Shown here piece by piece: positions 11,997 through 24,378 of a DNA stretch of 39,870 nt. The notes beneath the pieces were generated by a model that saw nothing but the letters and a program-made list of their open reading frames with translations, was not told the origin of the DNA and searched no databases. Source of the stretch: Trichoplax sp. H2. Taxonomy: Eukaryota. The translations under genes and the position numbers were made by a program. Each line of letters begins with the position of its first letter. The first letter of the stretch is position 1. Where the stretch lies: positions 34,131-74,000 of the forward strand of contig NOWV01000181.1 of assembly GCA_003344405.1 (NCBI GenBank), read 5' to 3'.

Positions 11997-12899
11997 AATA
12001 ATGCCAACAATTTAGTGTTCATGAATTGTTTTCGCAAATAAAATCACAGCAGAAGCGATAATTACAGGATGAAATACATCAATACCTATTTTTAATTCAT
12101 AGTAGCTTAAAGTGAGGAGCTGCTTTTTCCATGCTTCACTATTTTAAGCTATTTCAACTTTGCCACTTCTTTCACGAACTGCTATTTATCGGTATTGTTT
12201 AATTAATTTATGAATTCCTCCAATTTTGTCTTAGTAGGTTATGTTAAAGAAAAGGCAATGTGATTATCACGATTATGTGAAATTAAAGCTAACAATATGA
12301 ATCAGCAGTTGCAATTTGCGGACATTAAATTGCGTAGAACGCTTGAAGTTAATTTATTTTGGACAGCTCATGTATAGTTCAATGTAAAAATGATCTCAAC
12401 TCAATTCAAGCAACTAGACCAAGCCTTTCAAGAAAATACAGTCGTTTTTGCTTTCTTAATTGAAATCTCCATTTAAAGGCATTATTTAACTTAATGACTG
12501 CTAATGATGAACATGAGTCAGCTCATATCTAAAGTAAACTTGAAACTTGCTTATCATGTAATTCCTAATTTCGTAATTCCAATAAATAGGAATTATTTAT
12601 AATAGCATAATGAGAATATCCAAGTATTGTATGTAAATGAAAAACCTAATTCTTGCAATATAGATTGCTTAAGTTCTGATAGAATTTAAAAAAGTATTTG
12701 CTGCATAGTTTAGAATAGCACAGTGATAGGTACCGTAAAATACTTTATTGGCAACAGTGAGAATCTAATGTATGCTACCCTGGGCTTGACCTGAAATACA
12801 AGCTCCAATTGGCATTTCTTAATGATACTTCTGGCACAAGTACAAATAACAGATACATTACAAAATCATATGCTATCACGACTAAAACTGAAAATAAAT

Positions 12900-13300
12900 T
12901 ATGTGTCGGCAATACGCCAGTAATATTTCGATACAGATGAGACAAGTGAATTAACTTATTCGATAATATTGCTATTTAGCAGCAAGGGCTTCGCTGAAAA
13001 TAAGCTGTGTGTCCGTAATACTCAAACAATATCGTCGATACAAAATAAATATAAGCTACTTAAAGATAATTTACATATCAATCGGTATTGCTGTTTTGTG
13101 TCTCAGATTTAATTGAAATCAAACTATGAATCATTAATGAACGAACGATATTGTCTAGGCAAATGAGACAAGTAAATTAACCTACTTGGGTAATATTGCT
13201 ATTGGCATCACGAATTGCATAGAAAATGCGTAAACTAAGTGCTGATAATGCTGTAACTTAGATACAAATAAGACAATTGGTTGACATTTTCGGCAATATT
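12900..13300. repeat. Degenerate minisatellite of about 120 bp with about 4 units.
   Basis: Recurring unit ...gatacagatgagacaagtgaattaacttattcgataatattgctat.... Variants occur at about 12903, 13010, 13150 and 13260. Confidence 0.5.
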
Positions 13301-16250
13301 TTAAGTATTAAGCATTTTACCTCTAGAAATGAAGTGGTAATAAACGGTGCAGTAATGCTTTAGTAAAATCGAGAAAAATATTCAAGTTAAGCAGCAAACA
13401 TAACAAGGTTGGTATTGAAAAATTATCTCGTAGATCGTTAATTTCTGCAAGTTTTCAATTTAAATAGTATTTTATGCTAGAATGGCAAGCTTTTCAAATG
13501 ATACGCTATGAAGAATTTTACAACGACACATTTTATGAGCCTTCTTCTACCTGTTGAGGTACGAGTAATAGTATAGCTAGCAAGGATAGCTGGAAAAAGA
13601 TTACTTACAACAATATCTGCTCTTAGAAATTAGGAACTTAGAACAATACTCTAAAGAAAAAGCGAAACTGCTAAAATATGAAATTAACGTTGTGTATATC
13701 AGATTGTGAACAACATCAATTAAACTTTCAGAACTTAATTTGCACCGGAGATTCTATGATTATACTTGTACACTAGCCTATCTAAACAGCTTTACTACAG
13801 GCAGTCAACTGCATAGCAGTTATCAAATTCATAGTTTTCGGATAAATTGTATTATGCGAAACTCGTATTCTGATATTAAAACGATTTGTATCCATATGAA
13901 GTTTGTGGTTGAGGCGCTATATTACATTAACATATTGATAAATTAAATTGTATTTCAAATTTAACATCTGGCATTCTGTAGACTTCCATTCGACTTAGTT
14001 TACCTATTTGCCAATAAAGAGCTATCATATCCTCCTATCTTTCGTGCATCTGTGATAATATTTATTAGGTTAAACAGGAACTATTAAGACTAAAGATATA
14101 GATTTGACAAACAAGAAGCTAAATATGATATTTGCACCGATGTTGCTATTGATGAAGATGAGCATTGAAAAAAACGCTACAGTAATTGAGCGTTGTGCTG
14201 TAATATTTAAATGGACAGATGACAACAAAATGTATACTATACTGCTTGTATAGATAACACAGCTGTTATGGAGTTTGTTACGATTATTTACGGTTAGGTA
14301 CGATATTATGTAACGTAGTTTTCCATTAACGGTCATGGCTTTAATTAATCCGAACACAAACTAGTCCAGTAGTATGGTACATATACGCATTGAATATGTA
14401 TGGTAACAGTTTATATAGACGCATTAGTTAAGGCGTTACCATCATAGCTATCTTAATTATGGAAATATTCAGGATCGTCAGTAAATGACATTTAACGATA
14501 CTAAATATTTGCCTAGATAAAATACCGGCTTTCTTGTAAATAATTTATAATTTCTTACTTGGTAATCCCTGATCTTTAATATCTTAAGAGATCTCAATTT
14601 AAATGAAGTAATTTAAAGGGATTTTCATTGATTCTAGAGCACGGCAGGTTATACTGAATAACTTAGTTAAATAAGATGACCAGGAGAAAATAACCTTAGC
14701 AGTTAGAATCAGGAAGTGCAATTTGGACATAGTTAACCTAGTCGATTACTTAGAGTTAATAGATATTGAGCAGCGAAAACTAACTACAATATAAAGATTT
14801 GTTTCTTAGCTCAATTAAATAGACTATACTACAAATTTAAAGAAAATATTACACTTTATCGGTATTTATTTAATTCAAAGCCCAATCATAATATTTGAAA
14901 CAGTACAATTAGCAAATTTGTTTGAAAGGTCGAAAAAAATCAACTTTCATCTAAAAATAACCGGAAATCCATATACGGTTGTTATACTTCTCTTACTCTC
15001 TGAGACATAGACTCCTTACAAACCCCAGCTTTTACTCCAGCAACACAATACGCAAATCTTAGAACTTTAAAATCGCCTTTTATTCACGTAGCCTTTGTAA
15101 TGAAATGAAATGTGTAGGAATCAAGCTACAAAACTTTTAACTAACTTCTGATCCTACTTTCTTTGCACTCTGGTCGACTTAATAACACTTTGACACCTAA
15201 TAAAATTGGGTAAACAACGGATCAACAATTTATTAAGAAAATGAGTGATAGACTAATCAAACAACCTTCCAAATGCTTAATTCTAGGTATTATCAATAAC
15301 GAAATAAAAAAGCGACAGAACTGATACTGTCAGCAACCAAACAACCTAACAAATAGAAGAACGCTTTAACTTATATCAGTTCGACCCAGAAGGTCTTTAA
15401 AATTTAACTAGTTCTTCAAATAATCATCTTTTACTCTCTACCTTAAATTTTCTGATTGCACTATTATTTATAGGCTTCACAGAGCCCCTGGTGGAATTTA
15501 AAACTAAACATTTACTAATCAATCATTCTGACGATCCATTTTAGATAACTACTTTGCACCGCTTAAGAAAACAAAAATTATTGAGACACAGTCTGCTCTA
15601 CGATTCCTTACAAAACACTATAAAACCAAACAAACTATCTATGAAATACTCTAAAATTCATCAAGCTTCACTTTCAACATAATTTGTAATCATTATTTCG
15701 GACTTTACTTAATAATTCCAATTAGCAGATTACAATATTACAATTATAACTATAATTACAATTTCAATTAGTATTATTATTACTAGAATCATATTATAGT
15801 AAATTTTGTCAATCAATTCGGCTTACTATTGACAAACATGTAACTTATATCATATCTATCTTGTCCAATACTTGTAACTGATTTAATAACTGGTCTATGA
15901 TTTACAGGCGCTAAACAAATAATCATCTAATTTGAAGGCATAGAGGTTGTTATAGGACCAATACTACTGCCCGTTACAATTCTAAATTTGTAACGGAAAA
16001 ATTTCATTTTAAACCTAGAATCTAAATACTACCCATATTACAATTCCAAATAATGGCGATCATCCATCGCCAGGAGGAACAGCAATGTATTTATATAGGA
16101 AAGAATGTATAATGTCATAGATAAGACCATTCTCAATAAATATCAAAGGATGTTATCTCTAGCGGAAATAAGATATGCGTTACTTATCAAAAAATCGCTA
16201 AGCGACAGCTACTGTATATATTGTCAGATATTACTAAATTTAATTTCTTT

Positions 16251-17735
16251 TTATCTTCTTTTACAACCTAGATTTATGCCATTAGCTGGAGACATAGTTA
16301 TGCCACACCTTAATGGTAAGGGAACATCTGTTTCTTCAGTAGTAATTAATTCTACACTTCGTAAAATTTTCACAAGGGCCAATTTAACCTCTAGCAGAGC
16401 CAATCTCTTTCCGATACAATTTCGTGGCCCGTTGCCAAATGGAAGAAATGCGCAAGCTGCGTGCTTGGATTTCTCCTCCGGCGTGAAGCGTTCAGGCATA
16501 AACTGCTCTGGATTAGGCCATAAATTAGGATTATGATGAATAGCATAGATAGGAATAGCAATCATAGCCTCTTTTGAGATCTGATGACCATCAATTGTAA
16601 TATCATTTTTGCATTTTCGAGTAACTCTAAATGCGGGTGGATAGATTCTTAATGTTTCCAATATAACCATTTCTAGATAGGGTAAGTCCGATACACAATC
16701 ATAATCTAAAGGATCAGTATCGTTAAGTTTTGTTTTAATTTCATGATATAATCGACGCTGTATTTCTGGGTTTATTGCCAATAAGTAGGTGGCAAACGCT
16801 AATGTATTTGCTGTCGTTTCGTAACCTCCCACGAGAAAGACCAAAGCCTGAGCGATAATTTCTTTGTCGTCTAATTTATCGTTATCACCAGCTTCGATCA
16901 TCTGTTGTAACATATCTCTACGGCATGAAACGCCTTCAGACATATTTTTCCTCCTTTCCTTAATTACATTTCTGCAAGTATCCGCTAAATAATTTAGCGA
17001 GTTCATAAACTGCCCACCAAATAGTGGCTCTAAAATACGAAATAACGGTGTTGCAAATAATAGCAGTATATGCAGTAGACCAGGTGAATTACTCGCTAGC
17101 TGACTAGCAGCACCAGTTAATCTCTTTTCTTGTTCTTTCGATTCAAATTCTATTCCAAAGGCAGAAGCAAGAATAACCTTCATTGTAAATTTGCCACAAA
17201 TCCTCCATAACTCAATAGAACGGCCTTCTTTTTCTGCGTTTAATAACATTACAACAATTTCATTACTAGCCTTGTCAACACAGGGGAAAGTGAGCTTCAA
17301 CTTTGATGTGCTAAATGTAGGTATTAAAATATTCCTTACACGCTTCCAGTCCGTATCTCTCAATTCTACTAACGTTTTATTAAACGGTTCTAAATTATTA
17401 GCGATACCGAAACGGTTAGTGAAATTGGAGAAGTCCTTGATTAAGACTGATTTCAATACTTCTGGATCGCCAATCCAGATGGTAGGGACGGAAAAAAATA
17501 AAGTGCCATACACATGACCGTATTTTTCTTGTCTTTCTACTTGGACTAAGTGCTGCGAAGCCGATTTACCATCCAACAAGTTGCCAAAAAGGGGTTTAGG
17601 ATGGGGACCACTTAATCCCAATTTTCTCAAATGACGATAAGGTTTAAGGTAGTACTTGTAAAAACACCAGGCCAGAATTGTACCTGATATTAATAAGATT
17701 TGCGATATTGATAACTGCAACCCAATCATGTTCAC
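16251..17735 (-). CDS. Cytochrome P450, CYP3-clan (CYP3/CYP6-like), 494 aa, single exon.
   Basis: Full-length ORF with an N-terminal membrane anchor and KYG.VYG near the N-terminus. I-helix VGGYETTANTL, EXXR motif (ILETLRIYPP), PERF motif (FMPERFTPEEK) and heme-binding loop FLPFGNGPRNCIGKRLA are all present. The overall arrangement is collinear with CYP3A-type proteins. Confidence 0.9.
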   Translation of the reverse strand: MNMIGLQLSISQILLISGTILAWCFYKYYLKPYRHLRKLGLSGPHPKPLFGNLLDGKSASQHLVQVERQEKYGHVYGTLFFSVPTIWIGDPEVLKSVLIKDFSNFTNRFGIANNLEPFNKTLVELRDTDWKRVRNILIPTFSTSKLKLTFPCVDKASNEIVVMLLNAEKEGRSIELWRICGKFTMKVILASAFGIEFESKEQEKRLTGAASQLASNSPGLLHILLLFATPLFRILEPLFGGQFMNSLNYLADTCRNVIKERRKNMSEGVSCRRDMLQQMIEAGDNDKLDDKEIIAQALVFLVGGYETTANTLAFATYLLAINPEIQRRLYHEIKTKLNDTDPLDYDCVSDLPYLEMVILETLRIYPPAFRVTRKCKNDITIDGHQISKEAMIAIPIYAIHHNPNLWPNPEQFMPERFTPEEKSKHAACAFLPFGNGPRNCIGKRLALLEVKLALVKILRSVELITTEETDVPLPLRCGITMSPANGINLGCKRR

Positions 17736-19439
17736 AGTTTTCCTGTACTGTATACTGAATTTCTAGTTAAAATAAGTCATAAAATACTCCAGGAAGATAT
17801 TAACACGTTATTACTTTTTCTCTGATGAAAGTAAATGTTACAGGATGCTATATAATATGAAGTTAATGCTTAAAGGCGATAATAATTCTTCAATCTTCTA
17901 GTCTATGCAGGTTTTAAGATTGATAAATTGATTTCAATTCTGGGAGATTTTGTAAACTTTATAAAGGCATTAATTTAATACAGGTATAAAAGCTTTAGTG
18001 TTTTTTTACGTCGATGAGTAAATATTCTAGGGGGTAGAATCTAGTTTTAGATTAAAACTTGAAGATGACCGACGAATTTTCCTTTGGCTAATTCAGCCAG
18101 ATTTTCAGGCTTGATAAAACGATTTTAGTCTGAGAAAAGTTGTAAATATTTAAGGTAAGAATGGCGGAGAACGTGTATGATAGGGAATCTATTTTCCAAT
18201 AGTGAATTTTATAGGCTTGTGCCGTTCCAATTACCAAGGCAGGAATTTAGCAAAGCTAATAGCTTACTTTAGAAGACTAAATAACGATTTTCTGTGTAAC
18301 GATTTACGTTCTTCAACATTAACTAAGCAATAAGCCAATGCACAGGATCAACTTTATCTCGCTACCAAGATTGCTAGTACATACAGTTAAATGTACTGTA
18401 TATCAGTTCTTTTACGCTGCTAAAAAGAGATCCAGAAGTGGACTGGAATAAAGAAACCTGTAGATAATATAACTGTACTATTGGAAGAATACAATTTGAT
18501 CTACTTTAATACTGTGTCAATAATGGACTTAGCCTATATGCTGGAGTAACTACGATACTTCTTGCTCGTTTATTCGCGATTTGATAGCACATTTCTGCAG
18601 ATTTTAGCTTATACGAGTATGGCTATGTGCTCGGCTGATAGAATATCCTTTACAGTCTTTTAGCTTATTCCATCTGTCCGAAGGAAAGGTAATTTTATGC
18701 AAAAGATGGTTGCTTTCTAAGTTCCTCGTATCAAAATATAGTGTAAATCATATATAGCACATTGCCATGTATGGGCCCTGTTGATGCTTCTATTTGTATA
18801 CAAATACTGCAATGTCAATAAATTAAATCATTCGACATCGTATAACCTTACCTCCAACTAATATCTTGCATTTTACTATCAAAGGCCTGACTAATATAGC
18901 GATATCCTCCACTTAGTATCAATAGAAACTAGACGTTTAAACTTACCAGTATAGGTCAAAGATGTCGCTATTGGCTCTTACTTGGTATCAATTGCTGAAA
19001 TTAAATAGGGTTCGAATTTCCCCCATTTAATGAATGATCCTACGATTGACGAGTATACGCGTATGTCTGCATGTTGATAGCTCTATGGCTACAAATTACT
19101 GCTATTCTATCTGTGATGGAGGGTTAATGATTTTACAGAGGCAGATCTATAACCAATTAGAAATTGATAACAAGGCATTGCGTAAGAAAATAGATTCTTT
19201 ATCATAGACTACAACTGTGAGATAGTTACGCTAGAAAAGGTTGTAAACTGTTGTGAAATAATGTAAGAATAATGAATACTGTGACTAGTTTCGCTTATCC
19301 TCAATCTCTCCATAAATCTATAATCATCATATACCCAAGAAATTGACAACGTCTCATTATCACCACAAAGTCCAGCAATACAGGCTATGGTTTATAATAA
19401 GATGTAAAACTACTGCAAGATTTCATCTACTATCTTGCA

Positions 19440-22100
19440 GACTGCAGAAGTAGAAATTAATTTCTATTTAATGAATTAAATCAATGGACAATATGGATGA
19501 ATAAGTATCCTTGTTTACCGTAGTTGCAAGCTAGCTAGCTTTCATGTTGATCATGTCATAAGTAGTAGCAGTTGCTCGATGCCGAAAGTAAAGTAAATAA
19601 AATAAAGGATAGGATGTAAAATTACTGCTGTGAATGTAGAAGAAACTCTGTCTGTTGATAGTAAAAAAAATAACAGCAACGATGAATACGTAAGCTTAAT
19701 AACTCTAGCTTGAAGTTAACTAGCAGTCATTCAAAGGTTAACTTGATCGGTAAATTTAGGTTATAAAATTAATGATAGGAAGTAGAGCTACTAGAGATTG
19801 CCGTCGCAGATCCTGTAGACTAAAGAAAATAAACTCATTTCTATGTAATAATTGAGCTAAATAGCTACATTCATTCTTGTTCGTTTTAATATGTACAGCA
19901 TATAAATATGTAACAGTTTCTTGCTATGAACGTTTATAATGCTAAACTATGTCATAGAGTTTGCCCATCATAGGGCTTGGACTGCTAGATATGTCTAGTA
20001 GTCCATGCATAAGGTAACTGGATCAGTCAATGAGGGTTATAAAAATAATGATAGGAAACAGAACTAATAGATACTGCCATTAGAGATCACGCAAACTAAA
20101 GAAGATAAGTCTGTTTCTATAAAATAATTATTGAACTGAGTGAAGATATACATTCGTTCTTATTTGTTTAATACGAATATGTAACCTATTTATAGGATAT
20201 CACGGTCTCCCTACATCAACCTATATAATGTTACTATTGAGTAGCATTTACCTATCAGAAGCTAACTTGATCAGTTAATGCGTAATCTAGTCAACAGTAA
20301 CTTTAACTCGGTACCTTCCAGTATATATCTATATATATATATATAGATATACATGCGCACACCCATTACACTTACGTCATCGACTTTATTAGCTGGGAAT
20401 AAACCTGCCAGCGATGCTTTTGTTTTAATCGAGAGAAATAGTCTAGTTATTCATTATTAGCAGCCATGTTATTATTGAGTAATCATTTTATAGATTATTA
20501 GTTTTCAGTTTTGGATCACTTATCTAGGATGGGAATTTTTTCAAATTATACCTTTGCCTTGCAACTGAGTTATAGCCTTCCTTTCAAGAAGAAACAAGAA
20601 ATACGTCGATTAATTACCAATCATGATGGCACCATCTCCTATATCATCAATCGAAAAGTAAGAATGTGATTATCACCCGGAAGTAAAAGAAAGTGCTGTA
20701 TGGAAGATCTTTTAATTTAGAGCCAAAATGAGCATACAATCACTGATTTATTTGTAACTCTAATTTTAAGAATTAGAAAGATATCATTTTCGATCAGATC
20801 GTTGATAATTTAGATTCTGTATTAACTGTTGTCCGTAGAATGCTAGCGACTCAAGAATAGTTTTATGTTTACGTTATCAACTTTAACTGCAAACGAATAC
20901 AGAACATGTGCGAGGGATTTGAATAGTTCCTTAAATCTGTATTTGCTTTATGAATCCATTATATAATCATCGTGTGCTCTACAAATCGGTAATGGCTATA
21001 TATTATCAGTATTAGGTCCATCAATAGGGGTATACACCCTGTATAAGTGTTGATAATTTGTAAAGCTGTTTCGTGAGACATTGTGAACTATCACGCAGAA
21101 TGTAGAAATAGAAATTAATTCCTGTTTAACGAAACAAATGAACAACATGCATAAATAAGTTCCCCTTTTACTCTATTAGTAAGCTAACTAGCTCCAAGTT
21201 GATTATTTCATAAGTAGTATTAGTTACTCAAAATAGATACTCGAATTGTTCGATTAGTCAAGAAAATGAAGGATCAGATATAAAATTATTGCGTGATACT
21301 ATTAATTATTTATCACTTAGAATGTAGAAGATACTTAGTATATTCACAGTAAGATATCCTTGTATTAACAACATGGATGAATGCATTTGCTTGGATACTC
21401 TAACTGGATGTTAACTAGCAATCATTCGACGTAAACGTATATAATGTTAATAAGCTACTGATTTTGCCCATGATGGGATAATTTGATCAATCCATCAATG
21501 TAGGCTATAATATTATTGATAGGAGTAGAAATACTGCATACTCTCACCAGAGATCAAGCAGACTAAAGAACGTAAACTCATTAATATGAAATAATTGAAC
21601 TACGTGGATAAGTACGTTCATTCATTTCGTGTAATAAGTAATCTCCTGTAGGATAAAACGATCCCCGATAATAACATATACAATTTTAATATAAAATGGC
21701 ATTTGCTAATTATGGAACAACTTGATCAGTCACTGTAGCCTAATAAATTAATGATAGGAAGCAGAACTACTGCATACTGCCACTAGAGATCATGCTGACT
21801 AAAGAAGATGAATACATTTCTGTGAAAGAATTAAATTAGATAGAGAAATAAATTCATTCTTTTTCGTTTATTATGTAACCTCCTATATAATAGTTTATAA
21901 TGTTAGTATCAACTGGTAACTGCATTTGGCGGTCATAGGATAACTTGATGAGCCAAAGTAGGCTATAAAATTAATAATAGATGAATAAAACTATCGTATA
22001 CTACCAGCAGAGATCAAGCAGGTTACAAAAGATAAACTCATTTCTACAAAATAATTAAACAGCACGGACAAATGCATTCGTTCTTATTTTCTCATTATAT
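19440..22100. repeat. Complex satellite and segmental repeat array. A unit of about 235-280 bp, (g)ataacttgatcRg...taaaattaatgatagg...agagatca.gc.gactaaagaa..taaactcatttcta..aataattRaac, has copies starting at about 19737, 20013, 20261, 21474, 21714 and 21948. A higher-order block at 19440..19735 is repeated at 21095..21420.
   Basis: Multiple by-eye alignments of the unit, and of gcagaagtagaaattaatttc...ggatgaataagtatccttgt (19440) with gcagaatgtagaaatagaaattaattcc...ggatgaatgcatttgcttgg (21095). The array is interrupted at 20300..21090 by a (TA)n tract (about 20323..20350) and by copy B of the dispersed repeat. Confidence 0.7.
20520..20900. repeat. Dispersed repeat, copy B (homolog of 1205..1560).
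   Basis: See the copy A entry at 1205..1560. Confidence 0.6.
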
Positions 22101-22261
22101 CTTGGCTACTTTAATTTCCATCCTTTTGCACAGGCTCTATGTTTTATCTATATTCGGATGTCAACACAGAATTTCACTTATTAAATTACTTGTAGACGTA
22201 AAATCATGCTACTTATCCGTGAATCCTTCAAACTCTGATCGTATCGATTTATCCTCTTTAG

Positions 22262-22460
22262 ACTCACTTTCTTGTGGTCGATCAGAATGAAGACTACCTC
22301 GATAGTTATAAAGGTAGAACAGCTGATAAACTGGCTATCCCCGTAGTATCAGTGGATTTTATACACGCTTGTAACGAGAAGCAAGCATTTCTCAATCATC
22401 AAGAATTTCTTGTATCCGTTAAATTGTCACCTGAATTATTCGCTCAAGGCAAAGTGGTGG
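22262..22460 (+). CDS. PARP4: PARP4-like exon, C-terminal half of the BRCT domain.
   Basis: Translation THFLVVDQNEDYLDSYKGRTADKLAIPVVSVDFIHACNEKQAFLNHQEF.. aligns with vPARP BRCT THIILDNAD...NPDFIWKSIREKRLLD. The acceptor is ctctttag at 22260/61 and the donor is GTAAGT at 22461. An upstream BRCT exon (about 22100..22197, ..SIFGCQHRISLIKLLVD) is less certain. Confidence 0.55.
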
Positions 22461-24078
22461 GTAAGTTCAACTTTATCAATCAGTTTGAAACGGAAGAGTT
22501 TCCTGCTTAAATTTTCTCTTATAAATAACACGAATCACCATATTAAGACTCAGCTAATCGAAGACAAATAAAGACAGTGCTGTGACAGCCATGATAAATT
22601 ATCGTAGCAGTCATATTGCAGCGTAATAGTCCTGTACTTATTTAGCCTGTATAGTATTTTATAGTACTTGTATATGCTATTAACAAAAATGCCTAGAAAA
22701 AGCTTGGCTATTGCATAATGAACTCTATCTTGATTTAGAAATAGCTATTCTCGAATTTGTGATACAGTAGGGTATCCTGCTTACTTTATAAGAATAGAGA
22801 GAGAGACTATAGTGAGTCAAGAGTGATAACAAGTGATGATTTAACCGAATATAACTCTGATTGCTTCATCATGCTTCTTTAACAAATTAGATTTGAAGGA
22901 TAGGCAAAGCTTTTGGCTCTGACTTGTCCATATTTTATTTATGTAAACGTACAATGTCTCTAATGATTGCAAAATTTATCTATATTGCAGTACCAAAAGT
23001 TTCCTTTCAAGAAAAATCTAAATATTCAGCTTTTGATTTAAACAAGATACCGTAAGTTCCTATTACTATTTTCCTTTCTGTCTCTGCAAAGTTATTTGCT
23101 CATCAAAGCAAATAGTATTCATGAATGAAGTATTCAACTTCTTTTTATATTTGAGATCTTACGTTTCCATTTATTTTTGTTATAAATCTCAAAGTTCTCT
23201 GCTCATTGAAGCTAAGCTAAAAGTAAACAAGCGTTAAAACGCAAATTATATCTAAATAGTGAATGACTGATTTACAGTAGTTCTTAAATGTATTCAAGAG
23301 TCCAAATTTTCATCTTTTGTTTTATATTATTGACCTTCGAGCTGCATTTATTTGTTATATATCTCCAAAGCTCATTTTATCATTTAAGCTAACCAATTAC
23401 CTAGTAAACCAACTCACAAATAGATTTCATCTCCATAAAAAATGAATAATTAAATATAAATCTTGAATGCACTCTAAGACTCCTATTTGGTCATGCAATG
23501 CTCAGCTCAGTAATGGACTAAAGTATGCTTTGTAAAATTGGGTTTTCAAATACCTAGTTCAAGATAAAAGCATCCAGTAAATATAGTAGATATGCTGTAT
23601 AATTCTTCTCCATTGACTTGGAATGTGGCTATAAGCTAAACGTTCATAAAGCCGGTCAAGTTTTCCCTGATTTTGCCTATCTTGTCAAAGTAGTAAAAGA
23701 CATGCATTGGAACTCTGTAGAGCATTTTGAATTATAGAAATTATCACACAACCGTAATCATAAGTCCGTAGTAAATTATTGTAACTCAATCCAAATAAAT
23801 CAAGTATCCAATTTGCAGTTCCGTGCGTGTGCAACACCATTGGTAAATTAATCGAACAAACCTTTCGCAGCCATCCTTTAGGTTTCATATTTTATTATTA
23901 ATCTTATAGAGTTTGGACTGACAATGATCGCCATAATGATACCTTTCAAAGCCGGTATAAAGTTCTAAAACTAGTGCTATTAAAGGTAAGTTTAAGTGGA
24001 GTTACACTAGCCTTAACCTGTAAATTTACATTAATTTTGCATAATAATGGCCCTACTTTCAATGCTATTCAATTTTAG

Positions 24079-24378
24079 AATGATTCAGGCAGTAAGGAAA
24101 AGAAATTTGCTGGCATTGAATTGCAGCAAGGAGAAACTGAAAATTTATCCTTTCGTGTCTATGTGCATCGTAAGATTATTAAATACGAAAAGGAAGATGA
24201 AAACATCAATTTGAGAAATGCTCATTGTCAAGAAATTAAGGAATATCGATATTGTCCAAATCTTGATCAGGCTATTCAGTTATACTCCCATCTATATAAT
24301 TTACACACCAAGTCACCGTATCATATGCAGAAATGCTGGACAAGACTTCCAATTTGTATTGGTTCAGAAAGAGCAAAT
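24079..24378 (+). CDS. PARP4: PARP4-like exon in the linker between the BRCT and regulatory domains. The 3' boundary is uncertain.
   Basis: The acceptor is aattttag and the exon is phase 0. Translation GSKEKKFAGIELQQGETENLSFRVYVH.. resembles the vPARP segment ..VVVELQCSRDSRDCPFLISSHF... A possible preceding exon ends at 23985 (aag|gtaagt). Confidence 0.4.

Noticed and set aside
13740-14357. Small ORFs 13740..13946 (plus strand) and 14070..14357 (minus strand).
   Set aside because: They are low-complexity AT-rich translations with no motifs or splice context, in an intergenic repeat-bearing region.
16105-17517. Plus-strand ORFs 16105..16536 and 17191..17517 overlapping the P450 gene.
   Set aside because: They are antisense to the complete P450 ORF on the minus strand and show no motif support.
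18985-19030. tRNA-like T-arm motif gggttcgaatttcccc.
   Set aside because: The flanking sequence cannot form a 5-bp T-stem or an acceptor stem, and no cloverleaf is possible. It is a chance match to GTTCGAAT.
20323-20350. (TA)n microsatellite.
   Set aside because: This is a trivial simple-sequence repeat. It is noted only as an interruption within the satellite array.
23924-23968. Short ORF MIAIMIPFKAGIKF, considered as a possible initiator exon of PARP4.
   Set aside because: It lies downstream of the BRCT-coding exons and would therefore be out of order, and there is no supporting similarity. An alternative reading of the same region (..RYKVLKLVLLK, ending aag|GTAAGT at 23985) fits better as an internal exon, though with low confidence.
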